Translations under genes and position numbers: made by a program
Assembly: GCF_006345805.1 (NCBI RefSeq)
Contig: NC_043000.1
Span: forward strand, 2,542,001-2,606,000
Source of the DNA: Octopus sinensis
Lineage: Eukaryota
DNA: 64,000 nt
Reading direction: 5' to 3'
Shown: positions 51,110 to 62,959 of the stretch, piece by piece
How positions within the stretch are numbered: the stretch's first letter is position 1
Layout: each line of letters begins with the position of its first letter
The notes under the pieces: generated by a model
Database searches by the model: none
Seen by the model: the letters and a program-made list of their open reading frames with translations, nothing else
What the model was told of the DNA's origin: nothing

Positions 51110-51639
51110 GAGGAGAGAGAGAAGAAGTATCTTTAAAAATATATGTATGAATGTGTGTGTATGTAAATATCCATAATAATAATATGAGCTTATTGTATAC
51201 AGTGCTCAGGTACACAACTTAATGGAAAAGGGGTAAAAGAGGGGACAGAAAACAGCAATAAGTCAAGTAAAGAAAGCAGTTAAACCCAAAAGTTGATACA
51301 TAAGTACAGAAGATAAAAGTCCAAAACCATGTTTCAGTATTATTAGACCTCCTCAGCAAAACATTGGTTTCACTGCACTTGTCTCCCATTCTGGACAAAA
51401 TGATTAACCCATTTTTCAGATTAGGTACTTATGTACGTACGTTTGGCTTTAACGGTACTTTATGTATGTACTTTTGGCTTTGACTGCTGTCTTTCTTTAC
51501 TTGACTTATTGCTGCTTTCTGTCCCCATCTTTTACCCTTTTTCCAATAAGTTGTCTACCTGAGCTCTGTATACAAACTGTAAAAGGTAACTAAATGGATT
51601 GGCATCAGGAAGGGTGTCCATCCACAAAATTTTTTAAAA

Positions 51640-51925
51640 AGCTGGCCGACCAAAGCCTTGTGAGTGGATTTGGTAGATGGAAACTGAAAGAAGCCTGTTG
51701 TATATATGTATGAGTTTGTGTGTCTGTGTTTGTCCCCCCAACATTGCTTGACAACCGATGCTGGGGTGTTTACATCCCCGTAACTTAGCAGTTCGGCAAG
51801 AGAGACTGATAGAATAAGTACTAGGTTTACAAAGAATAAGTCCTGGGGTCAATTTGCTCGACTAAAGGCGGTGCTCCAGCATGGCCACAGTCAAATGACT
51901 GAAGCAAGTAAAAGAGTAAAGAGAG
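51640..51925 (+). mobile_element. SINE-A lacking its head
   Basis: Matches other copies. Confidence 0.88.
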
Positions 51926-51939
51926 TACTCCATATAGGT

Positions 51940-52340
51940 TCCAGTTGATGTGATCAGTGTAACAGCCTGCTCATAAAGTTAACAGGCAAGTGGCTGAACA
52001 CTCCACAGATATGCATACTCTTAACATGGTTTTCAGGGAGATCAGCATGCTATGGAATGTGACCAGGCTGGCCTTTGAAATACAGATACTACTCATTTTT
52101 GCCAGCTGGGGTAACCTGGAGTAACATGAAATAAAGTGTCTCTCCACACCACTGATGTCATCCAAAGGAAAAGTAAAGGCCGATGCAGCTTGGCACCAAT
52201 GACATCACAACTCATTTCTACAGCTGAGTGAACTGGAACAATGTGAAATAAAGTGTCTTGCTCAAGAGCACAACACACAACCTAGTCCAGGAATCAAACT
52301 CACTACCTTATGATTGCTAGCTTGATGCTCTAACCACTAA
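51940..52340 (-). mobile_element. Two adjacent or nested CORE-type SINEs (tail X copy next to a tail Y copy)
   Basis: The CORE-like GAAATAAAGTGTCT appears twice; 52145-52335 matches 42190-42400 in reverse complement. Confidence 0.65.
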
Positions 52341-52539
52341 GCTTTGTGCCTTCACATAGGGTAATCTATCTACAATCCATCATTGTCCATTGATAATCTA
52401 CTTATATCACACCAGTGTCCAGTGCTATTCCCCCTACACCACACCTGTGATCTATGGTTTTGCACCTACACAATGCCACTAGTGACACCTGGGATTTCTC
52501 CTACACTATATAATACACTGCACTGGTACCAATAGCTCT

Positions 52540-53148
52540 CTTATTTCTTTATTGCCCACAAGGGGCTAAACATAGAGGGGACAAACGAGGACAAACAAAT
52601 GGGTTAAGTCGATTACATCAACTCCAGTGCATAACTGGTACTTAATTTATCGACCCCGGAAGGATGAAAGGCAAAGTTGACCTCGGTGGAATTTGAACTC
52701 AGAACATAACGGCAGACGCAATACCTATTTCTATTTCTTTACTACCCACAAGAGGCTAAACACAGAGAGGACAAGCAAGGACAGACAAATGGATTAAGTT
52801 GATTATATCGATCCCAGTGCATAACTGGTACTTATTTAATCGACCCCGAAAGGATGAAAGGCAAAGTCGACCTCGGTGGAATTTGAACTCAGAACGTAGC
52901 AGCAGATGAAATACCTATTTCTTTACTACCCACAAGGGGCTAAACACAGAGAGGACAAACAAGGATAGATAAATGGATTAAGTTGATTATATCGATCCCA
53001 GTGCATAACTGGTACTTATTTAATCGACCCCGAAAGGATGAAAGGCAAAGTCGACCTCGGCGGAATTTGAACTCAGAACAAAGCGGCAGATGAAATACTG
53101 CTAAGCATTTCACCCGGCGTGCTAACGTTTCTGCCAGCTCACCGCCTT
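52540..53148 (-). mobile_element. SINE-B trimer (head + three units)
   Basis: Junctions AATACCTATTTCT at about 52725 and 52912; head 53095-53148; GCTCTCT on both flanks. Confidence 0.9.
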
Positions 53149-53364
53149 TGGCTCTCTACCACACCACACCTAACCGATGGCCAGCGATATTTTTCATAAC
53201 ATTAGACACACATAAGCCACCATGGTTTAATCACATTTTCACTAAATCTAATTCAATATGAAATAATTAATTCAATAATTAACATTCACCTACCCACCCA
53301 ATTTCTCACCAGATGCACTGTGTGATGCAGAAAGTGGTGCATCTGATGCTGCATTGTCTGTATA

Positions 53365-53635
53365 GTCTGCCTGCTACTGTCGTTGCTGCAGTTGTTGTTG
53401 TTGTTGTTGTTATTGTTGGTGTTTGTATTATTGCTACTTTGTTGTTATTACAGCTGTTATTACATTTGTTATTGTCATTGTCATCATTGCTTTTGTTGAT
53501 TTAATTAGTATTGTTGTTGTTGTTCATCTTATTGTCATTATTGTTGGTGTTGTTGTTGTTGTTCATCTTATTGTCATTATTGTTGGTGTTGTTGTTGTTC
53601 ATCTTATTGTCATTGTTGTTGGTGTTGTTGTGTGG
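53365..53635. repeat. (GTT/ATT)n array with 27-30-bp higher-order units
   Basis: GTTGTTCATCTTATTGTCATT repeated. Confidence 0.85.
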
Positions 53636-53880
53636 TCCTTGTAAAAACTCTATAACAAATATAACTGTTTACATATTTTGAGCTTGCTTTGCCTTGAGCC
53701 CTTGACTCTTGGTGGAATCGTAGAGGATTCCATGGTAACGTACAGCATTACAGCATATCTTAGGCATTTAAAACCTGGTGTAGCCCCTATCTTTCCATTT
53801 CTGATTAAAGCCCCTTTTTTTTATATTTGTCTTGAGCCCTAGAATTCCTGAAGCTGGCTATCCAATTTCCTTGGTATATA

Positions 53881-54448
53881 TTGGGTTGTCCGGAAAGTTC
53901 ATGCCGATTTTTAAAGGAAAGAAAAAGGTCAATAAATTCTTTACATTACATTTTTAATCAACCAAATATGAACCATTTTGTTGCACAATGCGTCTCCATC
54001 TTTCCTTTTACTTGAAAATACTCTCTTCCCAGAATTGAGGCGGTTTCATGGCAAAGAATTCATCAAGGTATCTTTTTATGTCATCCAAGGAATTGAAGTT
54101 TTTACCATTAAGACTATTCTGCAGAGACCTCTGAATATGTGGAAATCCGAAGGAGCAATATCTGGTGAATATGGAGGTTGGGGTAACACATCCCAGCCGA
54201 GCTGCAGCAATTTTTGTCTGGTACCCAACGCATCAAGTGCCGAAAATGAACTTTCTTATCTTCCATTTTAAAGGGTTACAGAATTAACACAGGTTATAAG
54301 ATCATAAACCTTCTTCCACGAAAAGATAGCTTAAACTATGCTCTAAATAGAAGTGTAGTCAAATCCTATTTTATGGACTCAACCATGTTCTAAAATAAGT
54401 TGAAATGTAAGCTACTATAAATCGGCATGAACTTTCCGGACAACCCAT
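53881..54448 (-). mobile_element. Internally deleted mariner element with both TIRs
   Basis: TIR TGGGTTGTCCGGAAAGTTCATGCCGATTT at both ends; LLQLGWDVLPHPPYSPDIAPSDFHIFRGLQNSL on the minus strand. Confidence 0.93.
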
Positions 54449-54644
54449 TCACCTAGCCATCACAACATTCCCATGAACTGGATGCTGGTCCATTGCAAGA
54501 TTTAAGGCTAACAATTTTGAGGGGAGGGGATGAGTTGATCACACCAACTCCAGTACTTGACTAGTACCTTATTTTATCAACATGAAGGGCTGAAAGGGAA
54601 AGGTGACCTCAGTAAGAGTTAATCTCTGCAGTTGGTCTCATTCC

Positions 54645-54976
54645 CACTATGCTATGTTAATGACCAATACACTTAACTGTTTGCAGTCGAGCCTACTAAA
54701 ATATAAGTTGGTACCACAGTATTATGGTATAATTCACTATACTATGTCAATGGCTAATACATTTAACTGCTTGTAGTCCAGTCCACCAAACTGTAGGTAG
54801 GTACCAAAGTATAGTATAGTTCACTATACTATGCCAATGACCAATATATTTAACTGCTTGTCCAGTCCACAAAGCTGTAAGTAGGTACCACAGTATGGTG
54901 TGGTTCACTATACCATGTCAGTGACTAATACGCTTAACTGTTTGTAGTCCAGTCTACCAAGCTGTAAGCAGGTACC
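54645..54976. repeat. ~85-bp tandem satellite (4 diverged units; more decayed units at 55244-55385 and 55740-55915)
   Basis: TTCACTATAC at 54733, 54820 and 54904. Confidence 0.85.
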
Positions 54977-54994
54977 TGTGTGTGTGTGTGTGTA

Positions 54995-55129
54995 TGTGTG
55001 TATGGATCAAAACAGCTTGATTCAAATTCATCGGTACTCTTGGATTCAAAATGGCTGATGACAAGCATCACACTTGAAACTCAAGAGTCCCAACGAATTT
55101 GAATCAAACTGTTTTGATCCATACATGTA
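54995..55129. other. ~55-bp-arm imperfect hairpin (short MITE or hairpin RNA)
   Basis: TGTATGGATCAAAACAGCTTGATTCAAATTC... / ...GAATTTGAATCAAACTGTTTTGATCCATACA. Confidence 0.8.
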
Positions 55130-55200
55130 ACTCCCAGTAAATTGGTTGAGTCCTTCTTTTGTTTGACCACTCATATATATATATATATATATATATAAAG

Positions 55201-55233
<33 letters not shown>

Positions 55234-56261
55234 ATATATATAATTCACTATACTGTGTCATTAACACAGTATAAAATTGCCTGTAGCCTAGTTCCCCAAG
55301 CTGTATGTAGTTACCATGGTTATGGTAGCATTGACTATAGTATGTCAGTGACTATTACATGTAAGTGCTTGTAGTTCAGTCCTTCTACCAGTAAATTAGA
55401 GTCACTGTATGTCAAAGGTCACTGTCCTGCAACCAATTGTCATTAGGGTGTTTGGTTCACAATCCTAACGTCATGGTTTCAATTCCTGGACCAAGCAGTG
55501 CTTTGTGTCCTTGGGCAAAATATTTCAGTTTGCATTGTTTCAGCTTAGTTTAAAATTGGTACGGTACCAGGTGAGTTCTGGTGCAGTATTCTTTCCCTCC
55601 ATCTCTCACATCCTGGGTCAAAGAGGGAGAGGATCAAGAGAGTATCTATGTCTGCTGGTAACCACATTAGCATCTAAAACAGTTAGTGAAACAGGGTACA
55701 TGTTACCAAGCCATTCTCATCAGTGGGTGACAGCTAGGTCTATTTTACTATGGCTAACATACTTAAGTATTTGTAGTCCAGAACACTTACCTTACTATGT
55801 CAATGACTTAAACACTTAAATGTTAAAAGTTTGGACAACTTAACAGTAAGATATCTGTAGCCTAGTCCACTTGGTTGTAAGTAGGCACCACAATGTGGTA
55901 TAGTTCACTATTATAGATATTTCATAAATATGAACAACAGTAATGGATACCCCTGCAGTAAAAATTAGCTGTGATAAACCATTATTCACTCCAGTTATCT
56001 CCACATAGTATCTTGATCTGCTAAAAACAACAGTCACATCTTCGAATCACACCATACTGTCATAGAAAATAGACAGACTCTAGATAAATGTAATCCTAAA
56101 TGCACTTATTACCATCATGATCATCATCATTTAATGCCTATGTTCTATGCTGGGTTAGATGGTTTGACAGAATCCGATGAGTCCAAGAACTGTATTCTGT
56201 TCCAGTTTCTGCTTTGGCATGTTCTCTATGGCATGTACTGAGTGCTTCTTTCATACCTATT

Positions 56262-56482
56262 TCTATACTACCCACAAGGGGCTAAACACAGAGAGGACAA
56301 ACAAGGACAGACAAATGAATTAAGTCGATTATATTGACCCCAGTGTGTTACTGGCACTTAATTTATCGACCCCGAAAGGATGAAAGGCAAAGTCAACCTC
56401 GGCGGAATTTGAACTCAGAACGTAGCGGCAGACAAAAAACATTTCGTTCGCCGTGCTAACATTTCTGCCAGCTCACCGCCTT
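56262..56482 (-). mobile_element. SINE-B monomer with 15-bp TSD
   Basis: TGCTTCTTTCATACC on both sides. Confidence 0.92.
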
Positions 56483-57052
56483 GCTTCTTTCATACCATCA
56501 GCAGTATAGAGGTTGCCATGCTTACTTGAAAGACAAATGCCGAGTGAGTGAGGGTCAGGTTTATGCTGGGGTCGGCTTTATGTGCAATTTCTGAATAAAA
56601 GATGGAGGTAGCCACAACTGGAATACCTTTGATAATAGATCACCTGGATCAGAGCTGACCTGGAGCTAAAAGATAATAACTACTACAAATAGTACTTGTG
56701 TCAAACTAGCAAATATATTGTGCTATGAACTGGCATGATGTTTCTGGGAATATTCCTTATTCTGTCATGTAGAGAATGGTTACATTCATCATTTTTTTTT
56801 TTTTTTTATTCTTACACCCTGGAAGCAATTCTCTGAAAGAAGGAAATGATAAAAAGAAAAGAAGGAAATAAAATACAAATGCATTTTGTAAGAAGAAAGG
56901 GAAGGATATGTTCTGTTCTTGCAAAGGCATCGTTAAACAACGGAACATTCTTGGAAACAGTAGAAATAATTTTGGTCACATTGCACATGCAGCCATTACC
57001 AGTATTGTAAGTAAATATTAAACAGAATAGCTGAATGCATGCAACAGGGTAC

Positions 57053-58010
57053 CCACCACCACCACCACCACCGCTACTACTACCATTACCACCACTACTA
57101 CCATTACTACCACCACCGCTACTACCACAACCACCACCGCTACTACCACAACCACCACCGCTACTACCATTACCACCACCACCACCACTACTACTACTAC
57201 CATTACCACCACCACCACCACTACTACTACCATTACCACCACCACCGCTACCACCACCACCACCACTACCACCACCACCACCACCACTACTACTACCATT
57301 ACCACCACTACTACCATCACCACCACCACCACCGCTACCACCACCACCACTACCACTACCACCACCACCACCACCAACTACTACCATTACCACCACTACC
57401 ATTACCACCACTACTACCATTACCACCACCACCACTACCATACCACACCACCACACCACCACCACTACTACCATTACCACCACCACCACTACACCACCAC
57501 CACCACCACTAATACTACCATTACCACCACACACTACCATTACCACCACCACCACCACCACCTTACTACCATCACCACCCCACCACCGCTACCACCACCA
57601 CCACCACCACTACACACACCACCACCACCACCACTACCATTACCACCACTACTACCATCACCACCACCACCACCGCTACCACCACCACCCACCACTACTA
57701 CCATTACCAACACTACTACCATTACCACCACCACCACCATACTACTACCATTACCACCACCACCGCTACCACCACCACCACTACTACTACCATTACCACC
57801 ACTACTACCATTACCACCACTACTACCATTACCACCACCACCACCACTACTACTACCACTACCACCACCACTACTACCATTACCACCACTACTACCATTA
57901 CCACCACCACCACCACTACTACTACCACTACCACCACCACCACCACCACTACTACCATCACCACCACCACCACCGCTACCACCACCACCACCACCATCAC
58001 CACTATCACT
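57053..58010. repeat. ~960-bp (ACC/ACT)n array with higher-order units
   Basis: Seen directly; explains the Pro-, His-, Gly- and Val-rich ORFs. Confidence 0.96.
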
Positions 58011-58364
58011 GCACATTCATCCGTTTCAAATAAAAAAGGCTATATTTTCTTGATTTCTACCTTGAATCACAAAACACAAGTTCATTGTAGCGAAAATCAA
58101 TGACATTCCGAATAATTTGGGATATGCTAATGATTCCTCCTCTGCTTGTTAAAATGGCAGAAAACTTTTGAGTGAATGAGTGGAATAAAGAAATGAGCCA
58201 ACGTACAAATTGAGGAGTTGTGTGTCTCTCTTACATCATGGATAATATTAACAAACATCAACTATTGATTAAGAACACAAAGAAAAAAATATGTTATTTC
58301 TTTCTTCTCTTTTCTGAAAGCTATTTTATTGAGATAGGCTTTTTAATCAAACCATTTCTCTTAC

Positions 58365-58620
58365 CAAAGTTTTATTATGTACAATGTTCTTGGTAAAACT
58401 CAATTGCTGAGTGATGACAAAAATTTCCATTCCTCCTCCTTTTCTTCTTCTACAATCTTTTTTGGCAGTTTTTTTTTTTTTTTTTTTTGGTTCCAATGCG
58501 TTTCTTCTTTCGGTATATAAAGAATGGTGTATGCAAAGCATTCACTACACGATACTCTGAAGAATAATTCGACGGCGACAAAGAAACACAATCCTGTTGT
58601 GCCACAGAAACAATTTCCTT
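58365..58620 (-). other. Candidate first exon/TSS region of a minus-strand transcript
   Basis: Unique CpG-bearing sequence, donor TTTG|GTAAGA at 58365, upstream (CTTT)n tract at about 58830-58920. Confidence 0.25.
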
Positions 58621-58847
58621 GCCAATTTTAACTTGAACCATTTTACTCAAAAATCTTCCTCTTTCACCCATAAATATTTCATTCTAATTATTTCCATTCC
58701 ACTGAATCGTTTTCCCTTTCTCTTTCTTTTTTTCCTTTCATTTCCATTTTTCCAACATTATTCTTCTGCTTCACTCATTTTCTTTTCTTATCATTGTTTT
58801 CTTTCTTTCATGTCATTCTTTCTCCTTATCTCTCTATCTTTCTTTCT

Positions 58848-58885
<38 letters not shown>

Positions 58886-60177
58886 TTTCTTTCTTTCTCT
58901 ATTCACTTCCTTTCTTTCTTCTTTGATATCTTTATTTACCCTGCGTCTCCTCTTCTCACATTCAATTGTTGTTGCTGCTGTTGTTGTCCATCATTATATT
59001 CGATGTATATGTTTTATCAGTGTTTCTCCCCATCACAATCCCCTCAGCCCCACACTCATAGCCTGCTCTCCCCCTCTCTCTCTCTCTGTCTTTAGCTCCC
59101 CCCCCCACTCTTATAACTAACTATATTATATCCATCTTATATCTACATTATGTCCATGTTATATCTATTTTATGTCCACATTATATTCTTATCATTTTAC
59201 TGGTAACAGTCAATCGACTGTGGCCATACTGGGGCACCACCTTCTTCAAGGGTTTCAGGAGTCAATTATATTTTTTTCTAGTACTTTGTCTGGTATTCAT
59301 TTTTTTTATCAATCTTGGAAAAGGACAAAAGTTAAAAATCCATCAGACACAAAAAGAGATAACTAAGATGATCCAGATTACATCCAGCAGTTGGAAACTG
59401 AAAGAAGCCTTTTGTATCTGTGTGTGTGTTTTGTGATTAGTAGGGTTAAGGCTATTGTTGTAGCTGCTCAGTGTCTATTGCAGTTCTGCTTCAGGGTGAG
59501 CTGGTATATGAGTAAATCTTACAGGTTAAGGGCTATGAGAGTGATAGAATAAGTTCTAAGGTCGATTTGTTTGACTAAACCTCAGTACTAATTCTATTAG
59601 TCTCTTTTACCAAACCACTAAGTTATAAGGACATAAACAAACCAACACCAGTTGTCAAGTGATGGTGAAAATCACATACACGCACACACACATGACTGGT
59701 TTCTTTCAGGTTTCCTCTTCCATATCTACTCATAAGGCTTTGTTTGGCCTGAGACTATAGTAAAAGACACTTGTCCAAGGTTCTGCACAGTGAGATTGAA
59801 CCCAAGATCACATAGTTGGTAGACAAGTTTCTTAACCACACAGCCATGCATTGTCCACCATTCTCAAGACTCATCTACATAACAACTCTCAACATTACAT
59901 AAACCAGTAAGAAACCTGCCTCCAAAGCTTCGGATTTGAAATAGAACCTTCCAAGTCTACTGTATTCTTTCTTATCAGCAACACCAGAGAACATTAAAAT
60001 CCAACCAACCAGAAGATAAACAGGAGACAAGAATTCTCTTAGTTCTATACAACATTTCGATAACATTGACATTGCACATTCCAAGACGCTGTAGAGAAAT
60101 TGAAACAATATGCAAATATACTTTGGACACTCACAAGTATTGCAGTGTGGCTGTGGGGTAAAGAGGTTTGCTTTCCA

Positions 60178-60411
60178 AAGGCGGTGAGCTGGCAGAACCG
60201 TTAGCACGCCGGGCGAAATGCTTAGCGGTATTTCGTCTGCCGTTACGTTGTGAGTTCAAATTCCGCCGAGGTCAACTTTGCCTTTCATCCTTTCGGGGTC
60301 GATGAATTAAGTACCAGTTACGCACTGGGGTCGATGTAATCGACTTAATACCTATGTCTGTCCTTGTTTGTCCCCTCTGTGTTTAGCCCCTTGTGGGTAA
60401 TAAAGAAATAG
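60178..60411 (+). mobile_element. SINE-B monomer with 15-bp TSD, inserted into a SINE-A head
   Basis: AGGTTTG(C/T)TTTCCAA on both flanks; SINE-A at 60140-60177 resumes at about 60410-60935. Confidence 0.92.
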
Positions 60412-60557
60412 GTTTGTTTTCCAATCACATGGTTTCAAGTTCAATCCTGTTGCATGGCGCCCTGGGCAAGTGCTTTCTACGGTAGCCGTGGGCCAGCCAA
60501 AGCCTTGTGAGTGGATTTGGTAGATGGGAATCAAAAGAAACATGTTATATATATATT

Positions 60558-60588
<31 letters not shown>

Positions 60589-60964
60589 ACATGCATGCGT
60601 GTGTGTTTGTTACTGTTTCTTTATTATGACATCACGTGATAGTTGTAAGTGAATGTGAAAATATGTCTGACAATGGTGAAATAGGCAGTGTTGGTGACAG
60701 AGGGGACATTCAGCTATAGAAGCCCTGTGTGTGTGTGTGTGTCCCACCACTACTTGACAATTGGTGCTGTTGTGTTTATGTCCCCATAACTTAGCAGTTT
60801 GACAAAAAGAGAACAATAGAATAAGTACCGGACTTGAAAAAAAATAAACAAATACTGGGGTCTGTTCTTTCTACTAAGAATTCTCTAGGGCAGTGCTGCA
60901 TCATGGCCACAGTCTAATAGTAAAACAAAACAAATAATAAAGATAAAAAGAAATTAAAATGAAC

Positions 60965-61346
60965 TAGGCGCAGGAGTGGCTGTGTGGTAAGTAGCTTGCT
61001 AACCAACCACATGGTTCCGGGTTCAGTCCCACTGCGTGGCACCCTGGGCAAGTGTTTTCTACTATGCCTTGTGAGTGGATTTGGTAGACGGAAACTGAAA
61101 GAAGCCTGTCGTATATATGTATATATGTATGTGTGTGTGTCTGTGTTTGTTCCCCTAGCATTGCTTGACAACCGATGCTGGTGTGTTTACGTCCCCGTCA
61201 CTTAGTGGTTCGGCAAAAAGAGACTGATAGAATAAGTACTGGGCTTACAAAAAGAATAAGTCCCGGGGTCGAGTTGCTCGACTAAAGGTGGTGCTCCAGC
61301 ATGGCCGCAGTCAAATGACTGAAACAAGTAAAAGAGTAAAAGAGTA
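60965..61346 (+). mobile_element. SINE-A, near full length, young
   Basis: CpGs retained; (GTAAAAGA)2 tail. Confidence 0.93.
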
Positions 61347-61615
61347 GAAATGCAAGGAACACAACTTGCTGTCACAGAAAATGCCAACATGCATTTTCTG
61401 TTGCTGTATGAAAGAAAAAAAATTACCTCCAAACACCTGACTCATATATAAAACACCTGACTCTATGATAGCATCGTTTGATAATCATTAGTTTCCTATC
61501 TAGCACAAACATCATCATCATCATCATCAGTGTCATCATCATTTAACGTCTGTTTTCCATGAGTTGGACGGTTTTACATGTTTTGGCATGATTTCTATGG
61601 TCAGGTGCCCTTCTT

Positions 61616-62370
61616 AGTTAGTTAGTTAGTTAATTTGGCTCAAAAGCAAATAGCAAGGCCATGTAGGGGGGCATGGAGTTAAGTACAGGGTGGTGTTCAT
61701 GTAAAGAGTTCAGGCCACTTGAGGTCAAGGGAGACTTTAAACTGAGCGGTCGTCGGCATCTTCACCATCTCGTCTGGCAGCTTGTTCCACGGATCCGCAA
61801 CCCGGACGGAGAAAGTTCCTCTCCTTCGATTGAGATGAAATCGTCGCAGGTAGAGCTTTTCAGAATGACCCCGCAGCCGACGCTCTGGAGCAGGAGTGAA
61901 GAACAGCTCTTTCGAGAGGTTACACTTTCCGCTTATGATGTTGTGGGCGAGAATGAGATCACCACGGCGGCGGCGTTTTTCTAGAGAATAAAGGTCGAGG
62001 GTCCTCAGCCTTTCTTCATAGGACAAATTTTTGAGACCATGAACCATGCGGTTAGCCAGCTTCTGGACTCTTTCGAGATGCTGTATGTCTTTGAGGAGAT
62101 AAGGAGAAGAGGCTTGAATCCCATACTCCAATATGGGTCTCACCAGCGTGACATAGAGTGGTAGGAATATGGCTGCTGTGAGCATTCCGAATGACCGTCG
62201 AATCAAGAACAGAATTCCGCGTGCTTTGTTGGCAGCATGGACGCACTGGGCCGAAGGTGAAAAGGAGGAATCCACCAAGATACCTATAGGTCCTTTACCT
62301 GATCGGTCCTCTCCAGCAGCAGACGACCCGGCTCGAAATCAAGTTGAGTTGCAGGAGGAGAGCCAACAGG
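61616..62370 (-). mobile_element. CR1 LINE, 5'-truncated, with uninterrupted ORF2 C-terminus and (TAAC)n tail
   Basis: LYVTLVRPILEYG...LERVQ...SYEERL...RRRRGDLI...LRGH...FSVRV..WNKLP. Confidence 0.95.
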
Positions 62371-62444
62371 CAGATAATGCCAACCACTTCACAGAGTGTG
62401 TAACATCAATAGATCCACTTGCCTCAAACACTATGCTGGGACAC

Positions 62445-62817
62445 GCACAATTCTTTTATTCTTTTACTTGTTTCAGTCATTTGACTGCGGCCATGCTGGA
62501 GCACTGCCTTTAGTCGAGCAACTCGACCCCAGGACTTATTCTTTGTAAGCCCAGTACTTATTCTGTCGGTCTGTTTTGCCAAACCGCTAAGCTACGGGTA
62601 CATAAACACACCAGCATCAGTTGTCAAGCGATGTTGGGGAACAAATAAAGATACACAAACATATACATATATATATATGACAGGCTTCTTTCAGTTTCCA
62701 TCTACCAAATCCACTCACAAGGCTATAACAGAAGACACTTGCCCATGGGGCCACACAGTAGGACTGAACCTGGAACCATGTGGTTGGTAAGCAAGCTACT
62801 TACCACACAGCCACTCC
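62445..62817 (-). mobile_element. SINE-A with an internal deletion
   Basis: Matches other copies. Confidence 0.9.
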
Positions 62818-62959
62818 ACAATGATGAGTATTGAAGGAGAGAAATTGTTATACTCTAGCTCAGTCTATCTTACTCACATCCATTGAATATATAAAGGTAA
62901 AGACATAGACTGGACAGTTGAGAAAGTACAATGTGATGTGTTTCAATGCATGATCCGCC

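Noticed and set aside
51320-51365. Minus-strand CTGAGGA...GAAACATGGTT hammerhead-like string
   Set aside because: Weak stem II and no stem I pairing.
55040-55095. Type III hammerhead in the hairpin loop
   Set aside because: The G of GAAA is needed for stem II, stem I cannot form, and stem III is mismatched next to the core.
56870-57006. Plus-strand exon MFCSCKGIVKQRNILGNSRNNFGHIAHAAITSI ending at GTAAGT
   Set aside because: No homology and no compatible downstream plus-strand exon found; a single hexamer is expected by chance in 64 kb.
56812-58033. 332-aa Pro-rich and 249-aa Gly-rich ORFs (extensin/formin-like)
   Set aside because: They come from an ACC/ACT trinucleotide array with all frames open and no flanking domain.
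59875-60130. 110-aa minus-strand ORF / possible TE coding remnant
   Set aside because: The ORF starts inside SINE sequence, the plus frames have multiple stops, and no family could be assigned.
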